Notes: generated from the sequence alone by a model not told the origin. DNA of 20,000 nucleotides from an uncultured virus (IMG/VR IMGVR_UViG_3300020020_000004) (IMGVR_UViG_3300020020_000004), one strand, 5' to 3'. Positions 6,704 through 14,964 are shown, counted from the first letter of the stretch. A program made the numbers and translations.

Positions 6704-8785
6704 TTAAATTGGTTTCCCTTTAACCGTCAGCTGGTGACCTTTATTAAATTCGAATTCTTTTATAACTACATTTGGTTCTGTCAACTTAAGATATGTCTCC
6801 CAACTTATTGCTCCAATATCCCATAGAATACGTTGTGCCTCCTTAATATACCATTCATAGTTTATGTCGGTAGGGAGAGAGTCTGGAAGTACCATTAGTT
6901 CCCGAGCTCCGTCAGAACGAGGTACTTTGTTACCTGAAATAACATAGACTAATTCCCCCTCGACTCCCGTTGCATAATACCATCTAATAGCGCGACCGAT
7001 ATATTCGTTCCCTGCGGGCTGAACCCTCGCAGCGCCCCCGCGTACATTGCGGACACTGACAAACTTCGTTATATCTACACAAGCCCGGATTGTGGTTTCC
7101 AATGGAATTCCCTTAATGAGATAATCAATCACCGCATCTAAACAGACAGTTGCCGTCGGATTCTTATGCAGTTTCTGTTCAGGTTGTTCGGGTTTCGCAT
7201 AAGCTCCCTTAGATTTGGTTTTTCCATCCATTTTGATTGCGATGTAGTTATTAACGTCTCTGGAATAGAGAGCTTTGAACTCAGATCCCTCAGTTTCAAA
7301 ACGAGTATCAAATTCCCAGGTCTTAACGATCTCATTCATTTTGGCTTGAAGAGGGCGAGGACACTTAATCACAATACCATCTGTGTTGGCGCTGACAACA
7401 CGAATCCCCGCAAGCTCCAGACGTTCGATCAGAAGTAGAAGACTTAACTGGCCTGTAAGTGTAACCTGGAATAACAAATCAGGCGAATAGATAATAGAGT
7501 GCATGTTACCCAGCTTGCCGAACGTTCCATTGACTACGATCTTCAAAGACTCAGCGACAGCTTTATTTCCTGCTCGCTTTGCCTCAAGTCGTTTGTTGAC
7601 AATGGATCGATATACAGTAAGAAACGCATCGCCCATATGTTGTGGTGTCAGTCCAAGATTCAGAATGATGAATGGATAATAAGATGTCACATCTTTATCT
7701 AACAGTATAAAATCATTATCGCTCACGTGAGCAGCAGTCTGTTCGGAGCTGTGTAGACCTCCAATTCCCATACGATACACGGAACCATTCATTTCTATTG
7801 GAAGTTCTTTAATCTCTTTCGGCATTGCGATCGAGCCGGTATAGTCGACAATGAACTCGGCGTTTGCAACAACATTCAAAGCATATTTCATTAAGTCCGA
7901 TTGGAAGTTAAGATAATAAGGAACCTTATATTTATAGATTGTACCGACTTCAACTTTAGGTCTGGTTGGGAAGCGCCCTGTAATTCTTTTGAGTTCTTTA
8001 TTGATGACAGCTTCTGCAATTTGTGCGTCAGATTTCGAACGCAGATCTACGTTGAACTCATTGCTCAATTCGTAACGTAGTTCGATCTGTTCCTTCAGGC
8101 ATTCACGAAGGAGTTGGGTGTTGAGAGTATCGTTTACGCAATACCAACGAACAATGATAATCTGATCTTCGCTTAGAACAGTATCCGGATGGAATGGAAG
8201 ATCTTGCATCTTTTTTGCATGGAGTCTTCCAGCATATGTTTTCAGACTTGCGAACAGCGGAGCAACTTCGATTAAGTCGATATGATTAACACCGAACTTC
8301 TTAATCCTATATCTATGATGAATCTCATAAGGACTTACATTAAGTTTGATTAGAGCATCCGAGATCTCTTTTACGAATTCGGTCGATAAGCCTTCACAGA
8401 CACAATAACAGATTGTCAGATCGTACGAGATAGAATTGAATCCGATCGTAAGACAATTCGCCATGATCCAACGCAACCCGTGTTTATATTCGGATTGCGT
8501 AGAATCTAGATAGAATACTTTACCCGAAACCACATGGGTAAACACTGCGAGGAAATAGTTCGAGAATACTTCTACGTCGACTATAAGTTCTTCTTGCTTT
8601 ACAGAGATGTCAAGCAGTTCTTCATAGGTCAATAGCTGGACGGGAAATGCTCGGGCTTCTTCAAGTCCGGGCAAATGATCGAGCCAAGTTTGTTCAGGAG
8701 GAGTACGCTTCTCCCGTTGGATCTTTTCCTTCGGGGGCGGTGGCGTGTCATCCCAAAAGAGACCCTCGACGGGATTGCGCGGCAT
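6704..8785 (-). CDS. Family B DNA polymerase with 3'-5' exonuclease domain
   Basis: ExoI DVEVF, ExoII GFNSISYD, ExoIII YCVND; motif A DKDVTSYYP, motif B KIVVNGTFGK, motif C NTDG. Confidence 0.92.
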   Translation of the reverse strand: MPRNPVEGLFWDDTPPPPKEKIQREKRTPPEQTWLDHLPGLEEARAFPVQLLTYEELLDISVKQEELIVDVEVFSNYFLAVFTHVVSGKVFYLDSTQSEYKHGLRWIMANCLTIGFNSISYDLTICYCVCEGLSTEFVKEISDALIKLNVSPYEIHHRYRIKKFGVNHIDLIEVAPLFASLKTYAGRLHAKKMQDLPFHPDTVLSEDQIIIVRWYCVNDTLNTQLLRECLKEQIELRYELSNEFNVDLRSKSDAQIAEAVINKELKRITGRFPTRPKVEVGTIYKYKVPYYLNFQSDLMKYALNVVANAEFIVDYTGSIAMPKEIKELPIEMNGSVYRMGIGGLHSSEQTAAHVSDNDFILLDKDVTSYYPFIILNLGLTPQHMGDAFLTVYRSIVNKRLEAKRAGNKAVAESLKIVVNGTFGKLGNMHSIIYSPDLLFQVTLTGQLSLLLLIERLELAGIRVVSANTDGIVIKCPRPLQAKMNEIVKTWEFDTRFETEGSEFKALYSRDVNNYIAIKMDGKTKSKGAYAKPEQPEQKLHKNPTATVCLDAVIDYLIKGIPLETTIRACVDITKFVSVRNVRGGAARVQPAGNEYIGRAIRWYYATGVEGELVYVISGNKVPRSDGARELMVLPDSLPTDINYEWYIKEAQRILWDIGAISWETYLKLTEPNVVIKEFEFNKGHQLTVKGKPI

Positions 8786-8786
8786 C

Positions 8787-8972
8787 TTAGCCCAGTACTG
8801 TCCGGGTTGCGTCCTTCAGCTCTTGAACTGCTTTCGAGTATTCTTCTTTGGACATATCGTATGCTTGATGTGCCCGTTCCAAGGCTCGTTCATCCGCAGC
8901 AAATTTCTTTCGAGCTGCAATTAGATTGTCCTGGATAGTTCCGAGATCAACTGACTTGGTCTTGAGTGCCAT
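8787..8972 (-). CDS. Small coiled-coil protein between clamp and polymerase
   Basis: ATG 8972 (MALKTK) with AACGGAGG RBS (alternative start 9038); heptad-like sequence. Confidence 0.65.
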   Translation of the reverse strand: MALKTKSVDLGTIQDNLIAARKKFAADERALERAHQAYDMSKEEYSKAVQELKDATRTVLG

Positions 8973-9037
8973 TGCATCCTCCGTTTGGTTGATAAGTGAC
9001 TCTATGTACCCACAGTTACATATTTTCTTATTTGTCA

Positions 9038-9991
9038 TTATCCACGCATACCAACAATCGCACCACGCAGATTATCTCCAAAGAATAGAATGGGTTGTGG
9101 ATAACGTGTGAAATCTGCTGTCTCCGCAACTCCCTCGAGCAGACGAAGCATTTTAATCTGATAGATTCCACCAATGCCTAGACCGTTCACTTCGTAACTG
9201 GCACCAGTCTCGTCATCTATATGTGTTCTGAGAACCCCGTCTTTAATATGGATGCGAGTTAGATCATCTGAGAAAGCAGTTAGATTATCTAGAGCTGGAA
9301 ATAACCGAGGATCAACCGGAACTGGATCACATCTATGATCTAACACCTTACTGATGTCGGGCCACTCTGTGACGTAGAGTTGAGTACGAATCCATCTACC
9401 ACCCGGGTAATGAAAAGTGACAGAGTTATTATCAAGTTGGAGATGAGATGGGGGTTCCCCAACTCGGATCACTTCTTTAACTGCCGACCCTGGAATGTTA
9501 ACCACAAATGGGATGTCGATCGCAAGCCAATATTCAATCACGCAGACGTTATTCGTTGCGAAAGCAGATTGACCACGCAATAGAATACCATTAGTCCAAG
9601 GACGGGATGCATCGTTGCCAACGAACGTACTGATCTTATCGAATGCTCTAAATAGTGCTGCGCCATCAATCTGAACAATCTCGCCCGACGGCTCAGGATG
9701 TGTTGCATCCGTATCCACGGTTTCGATAAAGGCTTTGAAGTTACCACTCTGTACACGAAGACGTTTCTTCTCAGTCAGAGTGAGAACAACTTCCTCTTCA
9801 CAGTTGGAGATTGCACGGACCAATGTCTCAGCCTTTGGTACGCATTCCAAGTCCAATGCAATGGGACTGCAGATGGCTAGGTTACCATTGAATGATCGAA
9901 CAGTTCCTTTTTCAATACGGAAGTGAGTCATTGCGGGAACAAAATCTTTCTTCGCAACGGCACCTTGTACGAAGCGAAGTTCCTTTAACAT
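9038..9991 (-). CDS. DNA polymerase III beta-type sliding clamp (DnaN-like)
   Basis: VAKKDFVPAMTHF, SRPWTNGILL, AFATN and WPDISKVL parallel the beta-clamp conserved segments; adjacent to the polymerase. Confidence 0.8.
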   Translation of the reverse strand: MLKELRFVQGAVAKKDFVPAMTHFRIEKGTVRSFNGNLAICSPIALDLECVPKAETLVRAISNCEEEVVLTLTEKKRLRVQSGNFKAFIETVDTDATHPEPSGEIVQIDGAALFRAFDKISTFVGNDASRPWTNGILLRGQSAFATNNVCVIEYWLAIDIPFVVNIPGSAVKEVIRVGEPPSHLQLDNNSVTFHYPGGRWIRTQLYVTEWPDISKVLDHRCDPVPVDPRLFPALDNLTAFSDDLTRIHIKDGVLRTHIDDETGASYEVNGLGIGGIYQIKMLRLLEGVAETADFTRYPQPILFFGDNLRGAIVGMRG

Positions 9992-10918
9992 CTAAAATAG
10001 CTCCCTTACTCTACCTTTGTAGATGCCGCCGTTAACTGCGTCGACCATAGCGTTTATAACACCATACGACCACAGATTGTAAGCTGCGCGAGACTCATAA
10101 ACGGTGGACAACCGTTCGTAGGTGAAACCCATATCCTCAAGGTGCTTGAAGATAACATCTTGCTCGATCGGAGACAGTGTAGTGGCGTGCTGACCAGCGT
10201 CGTGTCGTTGTGGACTCTTTGATGAGACGTTGACTGGACCCCATTGTGGTGTCTGGATACCACCGAACGCAGCAGTCTGCACCCAGGAGGATGAGTCGCA
10301 ACTATACCAAGGATATGCTTCCATAATTGGAATGGAGGTGATTCCGAATCCGTGTACTTTGAGGCGTGGACGACCACTGCCATCGACTAGATATCTATCC
10401 CAAATTCTGTCGAGCCATTTCATAAGCTGCGTCGAAGAGCTTCCGACCATACCACCTAGAGTGATGTAGTCGTAGTTCTGAACGTAGTGTTCGAGGTAAC
10501 GTTCATCTTCGCCCGCGTGGAAGCAAGGCAACGGACGGACGCCTCTAGCTTCCATTTCGCACTGGTTACGATATGTCTGAAGTGGGTCACCAATGCCGTC
10601 AAGTACGGATGCCATTACGATTCCGTCTTCGACACGTATGATATCTAGATTGCGTTTGATGTACTCGCAATATTCGGCAACCGAAAGATCTACCTTGAGC
10701 GTATAGGCAGAGAACGCTCCTGAGTCAAGAAACACCCGTACCTTATCTTCGCGCATGGCGTCGACAAACTTTTGCTTCCCGACGTAATGATATGATTCCA
10801 GAATGTGCGGGACGGCATCAACTAACCGTTTCTCATTGTCAGTCAAATTCTGATAGCGACCGGAGTTACCTCCAGCACGATATCCGTTGGTGTAAATGGC
10901 GGCTAAATAAATATGCAT
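9992..10918 (-). CDS. dpdA: DpdA-like DNA 7-deazaguanine transglycosylase (TGT fold)
   Basis: FLDSGAFS, LGGMV, KVHGFG and YSCDSSSW are TGT-type motifs; no C-terminal Zn site; lies in an operon with folE/queD/queC/queE. Confidence 0.85.
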   Translation of the reverse strand: MHIYLAAIYTNGYRAGGNSGRYQNLTDNEKRLVDAVPHILESYHYVGKQKFVDAMREDKVRVFLDSGAFSAYTLKVDLSVAEYCEYIKRNLDIIRVEDGIVMASVLDGIGDPLQTYRNQCEMEARGVRPLPCFHAGEDERYLEHYVQNYDYITLGGMVGSSSTQLMKWLDRIWDRYLVDGSGRPRLKVHGFGITSIPIMEAYPWYSCDSSSWVQTAAFGGIQTPQWGPVNVSSKSPQRHDAGQHATTLSPIEQDVIFKHLEDMGFTYERLSTVYESRAAYNLWSYGVINAMVDAVNGGIYKGRVRELF

Positions 10919-11166
10919 CAGATCTGCTTCGGAGGTTCCTTACTTACAGACAATGCAACCACAGGGTGAAGACGTCCTGAGATATGTAAAAGAATAGGAC
11001 AGCCCTCACTGATGAGTTTGATTTCAGCAGACGTTGGCTGCCACGCAGAGATCATATACCCATCGCGATCCCAAACTTCAATAGTATGACACAGCCCCTC
11101 GGCATGATTCCAATCCACCGGAGCGCCTATACGACGATCTGGATTTTCCAACGGAATAGGGATCAT
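10918..11166 (-). CDS. Hypothetical protein within the deazaguanine cluster
   Basis: 82 aa with GAPVDWN...C...W.PT..E...HPVV; 1 bp from the folE stop and TGATG overlap with dpdA. Confidence 0.7.
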   Translation of the reverse strand: MIPIPLENPDRRIGAPVDWNHAEGLCHTIEVWDRDGYMISAWQPTSAEIKLISEGCPILLHISGRLHPVVALSVSKEPPKQI

Positions 11167-11167
11167 G

Positions 11168-11722
11168 TTATTTCATCCCAAGGAATTCGGAACGAGCAGC
11201 TTCTTCTGTTTTAAAGACACCTCGTAAAGCACTAGTGACAGTGTAGTGTCCCTGTTGACAAATACCTCGCGACTCCATGCACAGATGGCGGGCCCGCACT
11301 ATAACGCCACAACCCAGAGGGTTCAGTGCTACGCTAATGGCGTCGGCAATCTGACACGTTAGACGTTCCTGTACTTGTAGGCGGCGTGAGAAAATCTGCA
11401 GCAACCGCCCGAGCTTACTCAGACCAACGATACGTTGATGAGGTAGATATCCAATCGTCGCAGTGCCGAAGAACGGAGCAAGATGGTGCTCACAATGGGA
11501 ATAGAAAGGCAGGTCTTTGACGACGACCATCTCATCCACCCCTTCGGCACCATCAACAAAGGTCTTGAGCACATCGATAGGATCGATACCATAACCAGAA
11601 GTCCAGAACTCCCAGGCGCGAGTTACACGATCCGGTGTTTCTATTAGACCTTCTCTATTTGCATCCTCACCTGGGATATTTCTAAGAACAGCTCTGAACG
11701 CAGTGCGTAGAGTTTCGGTCAT
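11168..11722 (-). CDS. folE: GTP cyclohydrolase I
   Basis: REGLIETPDRV, SHCEHHL, GLSKL, RRLQVQERLT and HLCMESRG; start ATG 11722 with AACGGAG RBS. Confidence 0.95.
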   Translation of the reverse strand: MTETLRTAFRAVLRNIPGEDANREGLIETPDRVTRAWEFWTSGYGIDPIDVLKTFVDGAEGVDEMVVVKDLPFYSHCEHHLAPFFGTATIGYLPHQRIVGLSKLGRLLQIFSRRLQVQERLTCQIADAISVALNPLGCGVIVRARHLCMESRGICQQGHYTVTSALRGVFKTEEAARSEFLGMK

Positions 11723-11741
11723 GCCCCGCTCCGTTGTGGTA

Positions 11742-11770
11742 ACTATATATTGGATCTTAGGCTTTTGCAA
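11742..11770 (-). promoter_or_regulatory. Sigma70-type promoter P3 (internal, upstream of folE)
   Basis: cTTGCAA (11770-11765), 17 bp spacer, TATAGT (11747-11742). Confidence 0.7.
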
Positions 11771-12155
11771 GTAGATTTCGTAGGAATACTTTAATGTCTG
11801 CAAACTCTGATAAGATAACAGTGGAATGAAATTGAAGCCAAGGCCCGACAGGTTTATTGTTAGGACTCCAGATAATGACTGGGATCCTCAACTGATAGGC
11901 AAAGAGTATCTCCATTCCCGTGCCCCATGACGCTATGTTGACTAGGGCGAGAACTGCATCACACTTTCTGATGGCGTTGAAATCATTTGTAACGATTCGG
12001 CGTGCAGCTTCTTCGTTGTCTTCTTCGCCAACAAATAGTTCGATCTGGGTCGGGTCGACTACCTCCCAACCTTCAGGCATCTTTGATGTAAGACTGCGCC
12101 GCCATGTAATTGGGTCAGATGCATTCTGTATTGCACCAGCGAGATAAAGTTTCAT
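11757..12155 (-). CDS. Nucleoside 2-deoxyribosyltransferase / DNPH1-like nucleotide N-glycosidase
   Basis: YLAG, NDFNAIRKCDAVLA and SWGTGMEI..AYQLRIPVI motifs of the NDT superfamily, with the catalytic Glu retained. Confidence 0.8.
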   Translation of the reverse strand: MKLYLAGAIQNASDPITWRRSLTSKMPEGWEVVDPTQIELFVGEEDNEEAARRIVTNDFNAIRKCDAVLALVNIASWGTGMEILFAYQLRIPVIIWSPNNKPVGPWLQFHSTVILSEFADIKVFLRNLLAKA

Positions 12156-12340
12156 GGTTGTTCGACCTTAACGAGTCTCCATTCGGCGACCCATTGTTCT
12201 TTCAGATCACCATTATTCCACCACGATACTTGAATCGTTACATCGTGAGGGTAGAAAGCAAAGCCTATCACAAAGGCGTTGACGCTACCTCCATCGATAC
12301 GTACTACATCTCCAAACGTGAACTTGCTTTCGAGTTTCAT
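12152..12340 (-). CDS. Small SH3/KOW-like hypothetical protein (YodC/DUF2158-like pattern)
   Basis: KFTFGDVVRI...VSWWNNGDLKEQWV; ATGA overlaps at both ends. Confidence 0.55.
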   Translation of the reverse strand: MKLESKFTFGDVVRIDGGSVNAFVIGFAFYPHDVTIQVSWWNNGDLKEQWVAEWRLVKVEQP

Positions 12341-12789
12341 AACTCCTCCATAAAGATTGCAGAGTTGGCACCATGCTCACACACTTCAACAGACCGCATG
12401 CGTACACGCGGATAGTAACCGTTGTCTACTAACCAGACAACACCACACTCGTAGATCATGGACGCAAACGCTTCGCATCCTGTGGCAGGAACAATTGTTA
12501 TCTGGGCTAGCCCTAGGCCTGCCATAATTTCCAAAGCGGAACGATGTGGATCATCTTCGGCAATCAATAGACGGTGATCGAATGTCTTTTCTAACCAACC
12601 TTTGAAACCTTTAAGGCTGCCGAAGTCTACAACCCAATTGCGATCGTCGAGTTCTTCTGCTTCAAATTCAATACGAACAGAGAGAGCATAGCCGTGGAGA
12701 AAGCGACAGTGGCTCTGTGCTTTCCATTGTCGGAAACAAGAGGAGAGACCTATGTCGTGACCATACGTCTTTGTTGAAATGTAGGTCAT
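12337..12789 (-). CDS. queD: 6-carboxy-5,6,7,8-tetrahydropterin synthase
   Basis: HCRFLHGY, VVDFGSLK, FDH and a C-terminal V.E...NSA motif. Confidence 0.92.
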   Translation of the reverse strand: MTYISTKTYGHDIGLSSCFRQWKAQSHCRFLHGYALSVRIEFEAEELDDRNWVVDFGSLKGFKGWLEKTFDHRLLIAEDDPHRSALEIMAGLGLAQITIVPATGCEAFASMIYECGVVWLVDNGYYPRVRMRSVEVCEHGANSAIFMEEL

Positions 12790-14181
12790 TTATTTCTCCT
12801 CTGAGTTCGCGTACTGAATGACCTCAGGTATCTTATTAATTTCGAATGCGATTCGCCGCATGTGACAGGGTCCACAAGTGCCACAGTGGATTGGGCCCGC
12901 ACGATAGCAACTCCATGTGAGGTGAAGTGGGGCGCCGATTCTATGGCCAAGCTCGACGATCTCATGTTTCATAAGATTGCCTACTGGCATGATAGCTCTG
13001 ACTCGCTTTCCATCTGCTACTGCGAAAGGAAGCATGTCGTTAAATCGATTAATGAATTCAGGTTCGTTATCGGGATAAGCACCTGCTTCTTCTAAGTTGT
13101 TACCGAGTACGATTGTATTGATTCCTCGAGCTTCGGCAAACGCAGTTGCGAGAGCAAGCATCACAAGGTTACGTGCCGGGACCCATTCATGTGCAAATTC
13201 AGCTCCCGCTTCACCGCCTGCAATCTTACTGTCTGCTTGAAGTAATGGAGAGTCTTCTTTTCGATAGATTCCTATCGGGATGAAATGCAACGGTACGCCA
13301 AGATAGTTTGCAACATCTTGAACTGCATTTACTTCTGATAATTCTGCCCGCGATCCATAAAGGAAATGAACTAATTCAATTTCATAGCCTTGAGCTTTGG
13401 CCTCTGTTGCAGCAACGACACTATCCATTCCGCCGCTACAAATGACAAGAGCTTTCTTACCCCAAAGGCGCATTATATATAGACGCTCATTATCATTAGG
13501 CCCAAATGCCCAGGCTGAATAAGGTTCAAGCATTTCAGGAACTAGGCCTCTTATAAAATAATCTCGCGAGCTTGCAAAGAAGATCCCATATTCTCGTCTA
13601 GCAATCCAGATGGGTCTATAGTTGCAGGCAGCTAATATCAAATCTGGAAAGTCATCATGTGTTGCTAAGATTGCGTAGCTCCCTTTGAGTTTGCCAATGA
13701 TAAATTGAAATACATATTTTGCGAGTTCGCGATTCTGGATATCGCCTGCGGCAGCAAGTTGCTCAACGATCGCAACGCTGTCGATTCCCGTTGTGGCACC
13801 TTCATCCGTTCGCAATTCTTTATCGTTTGCGATAGTTCCGTTGTGGACGATATTCCACTTGTTGAGTGAATAGGGTTGTTGATCGTATTCGCGTTTGTGG
13901 CGTACGAACTCCGTCGTTGGCTCAGCACGAAAATTACCAATCATATTCTTAGTTGGACTAAAGATATTAAGACTAAAAAATTCGTGATATGTTTCCCAAC
14001 CTGTTGATCTTATAATCGATTTATTTTTATGACCTACAGTAAGACCGTCTCTAACATAATATCCCCATCCATCGCGGCCACGTGCAAAACTTTCATTTCC
14101 AATATAATTTAGAATACGATTGGCATCAAGACGTTGGTATGAAGTTGCATTCCAGATGAGGGCTCCTATGATCGCGCACAT
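12790..14181 (-). CDS. queC: Glutamine amidotransferase class II-QueC fusion (Gat-QueC)
   Basis: N-terminal nucleophile Cys2 (MCAIIG), RGRDG, HNGTIAN and IDS; QueC part has SGGMDS, VPARN, YPD and SCY...CGTCGPC. Confidence 0.93.
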   Translation of the reverse strand: MCAIIGALIWNATSYQRLDANRILNYIGNESFARGRDGWGYYVRDGLTVGHKNKSIIRSTGWETYHEFFSLNIFSPTKNMIGNFRAEPTTEFVRHKREYDQQPYSLNKWNIVHNGTIANDKELRTDEGATTGIDSVAIVEQLAAAGDIQNRELAKYVFQFIIGKLKGSYAILATHDDFPDLILAACNYRPIWIARREYGIFFASSRDYFIRGLVPEMLEPYSAWAFGPNDNERLYIMRLWGKKALVICSGGMDSVVAATEAKAQGYEIELVHFLYGSRAELSEVNAVQDVANYLGVPLHFIPIGIYRKEDSPLLQADSKIAGGEAGAEFAHEWVPARNLVMLALATAFAEARGINTIVLGNNLEEAGAYPDNEPEFINRFNDMLPFAVADGKRVRAIMPVGNLMKHEIVELGHRIGAPLHLTWSCYRAGPIHCGTCGPCHMRRIAFEINKIPEVIQYANSEEK

Positions 14182-14182
14182 C

Positions 14183-14899
14183 TTATTCTACCCCAAGATA
14201 TTTGTGGATTTGCAATTGTAGCTTATAGCCGAACTTCATACAAGACTCAGTTACGGCTTTGATATTCCGTTCGTTGTGCGCAGGATCCTTTGTATCCATC
14301 GGTTGAAGATAGATTGGCTTATCCCAGTCAACAGGAGGTCGTGCAAGTTGCGGATGAGCAGTGTGGCCGAGGGCGCGAATCGGAAGGCCGTCTTCCGGAT
14401 TCATACTGTCCGCATCGAGAACGTATTTAAGGCAGAGTGCCTTATCCAAAAGTATTGGATTGATACGTCCAGTCTTTGGGCTGCAGACGATATGAACTCC
14501 ATGAAAATGATCGATCCGAGTATATATCGAATACTCGTAATCGCTCGGAGGGAGAGTTCCATTACTCTCAACCTGAACGAGATGTCCAAGTGCTATAAGA
14601 TGTTCAAACAGATTAGTTAGATTTTGCCTGAACGGTTCCCCGCCCGTAATAACTACGAGACCCTTCGGTAGGCTCAGCGAGTTCACATACTTCGCAACAA
14701 CCGATGGGTGCGCAAGGCGTCGCCCCTGGGTATATTCGGTATCACATCCTGGACACTGGAGATTGCATCCAGCGAGTCGAATAAAAACGGCGGGGAACCC
14801 ACTGAAAGGTCCCTCGCCCTGGATGGTGTAGAAGATGCTGTGGATGTCGAGCAACCCCTCAGAGTGGTCGACCGACTTCTCGATTGCTTGTAGATTCAT
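14183..14899 (-). CDS. queE: 7-carboxy-7-deazaguanine synthase (radical SAM)
   Basis: IFYTIQGEG, FIRLAGCNLQCPGCDT (CxxxCxxC), ITGGEP, ESNGT and QIHK. Confidence 0.95.
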   Translation of the reverse strand: MNLQAIEKSVDHSEGLLDIHSIFYTIQGEGPFSGFPAVFIRLAGCNLQCPGCDTEYTQGRRLAHPSVVAKYVNSLSLPKGLVVITGGEPFRQNLTNLFEHLIALGHLVQVESNGTLPPSDYEYSIYTRIDHFHGVHIVCSPKTGRINPILLDKALCLKYVLDADSMNPEDGLPIRALGHTAHPQLARPPVDWDKPIYLQPMDTKDPAHNERNIKAVTESCMKFGYKLQLQIHKYLGVE

Positions 14900-14917
14900 G
14901 TCTCTCTCCGGGAGGTA

Positions 14918-14943
14918 GCCCCGGAGGCGAATTCCTCCGGGGC
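14918..14943. other. Perfect 10-bp GC-rich stem-loop upstream of queE
   Basis: GCCCCGGAGG-cgaatt-CCTCCGGGGC; no U-tract follows on the minus strand. Confidence 0.75.
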
Positions 14944-14964
14944 AGGTTTCGGCGAGACGTTAGA

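Noticed and set aside
6585..6722. Programmed -1 frameshift extending the polymerase (GGGAAAC near the stop, with an open -1 frame of about 45 codons)
   Set aside because: The heptamer is in the wrong phase (GGG AAA C rather than G GGA AAC) and the extension has no protein-like features
11723..11803. Longer N-termini in the ORF track (folE 11803; also 686, 2541, 5981, 6189, 17118, 17619, 18265, 18714, 19309)
   Set aside because: They run through upstream genes or promoters; downstream ATGs have an RBS or coupling overlaps and match family N-termini
9992..14899. Reading the cluster as tRNA queuosine biosynthesis (tgt/que auxiliary genes)
   Set aside because: No queF, queA or queG in the window; the TGT-like protein lacks the Zn site; the Gat-QueC fusion and replisome context point to DNA modification
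14900..14960. preQ1 riboswitch upstream of queE
   Set aside because: No class I signature (short stem with an A-rich 3' tail) is visible; only a GC hairpin
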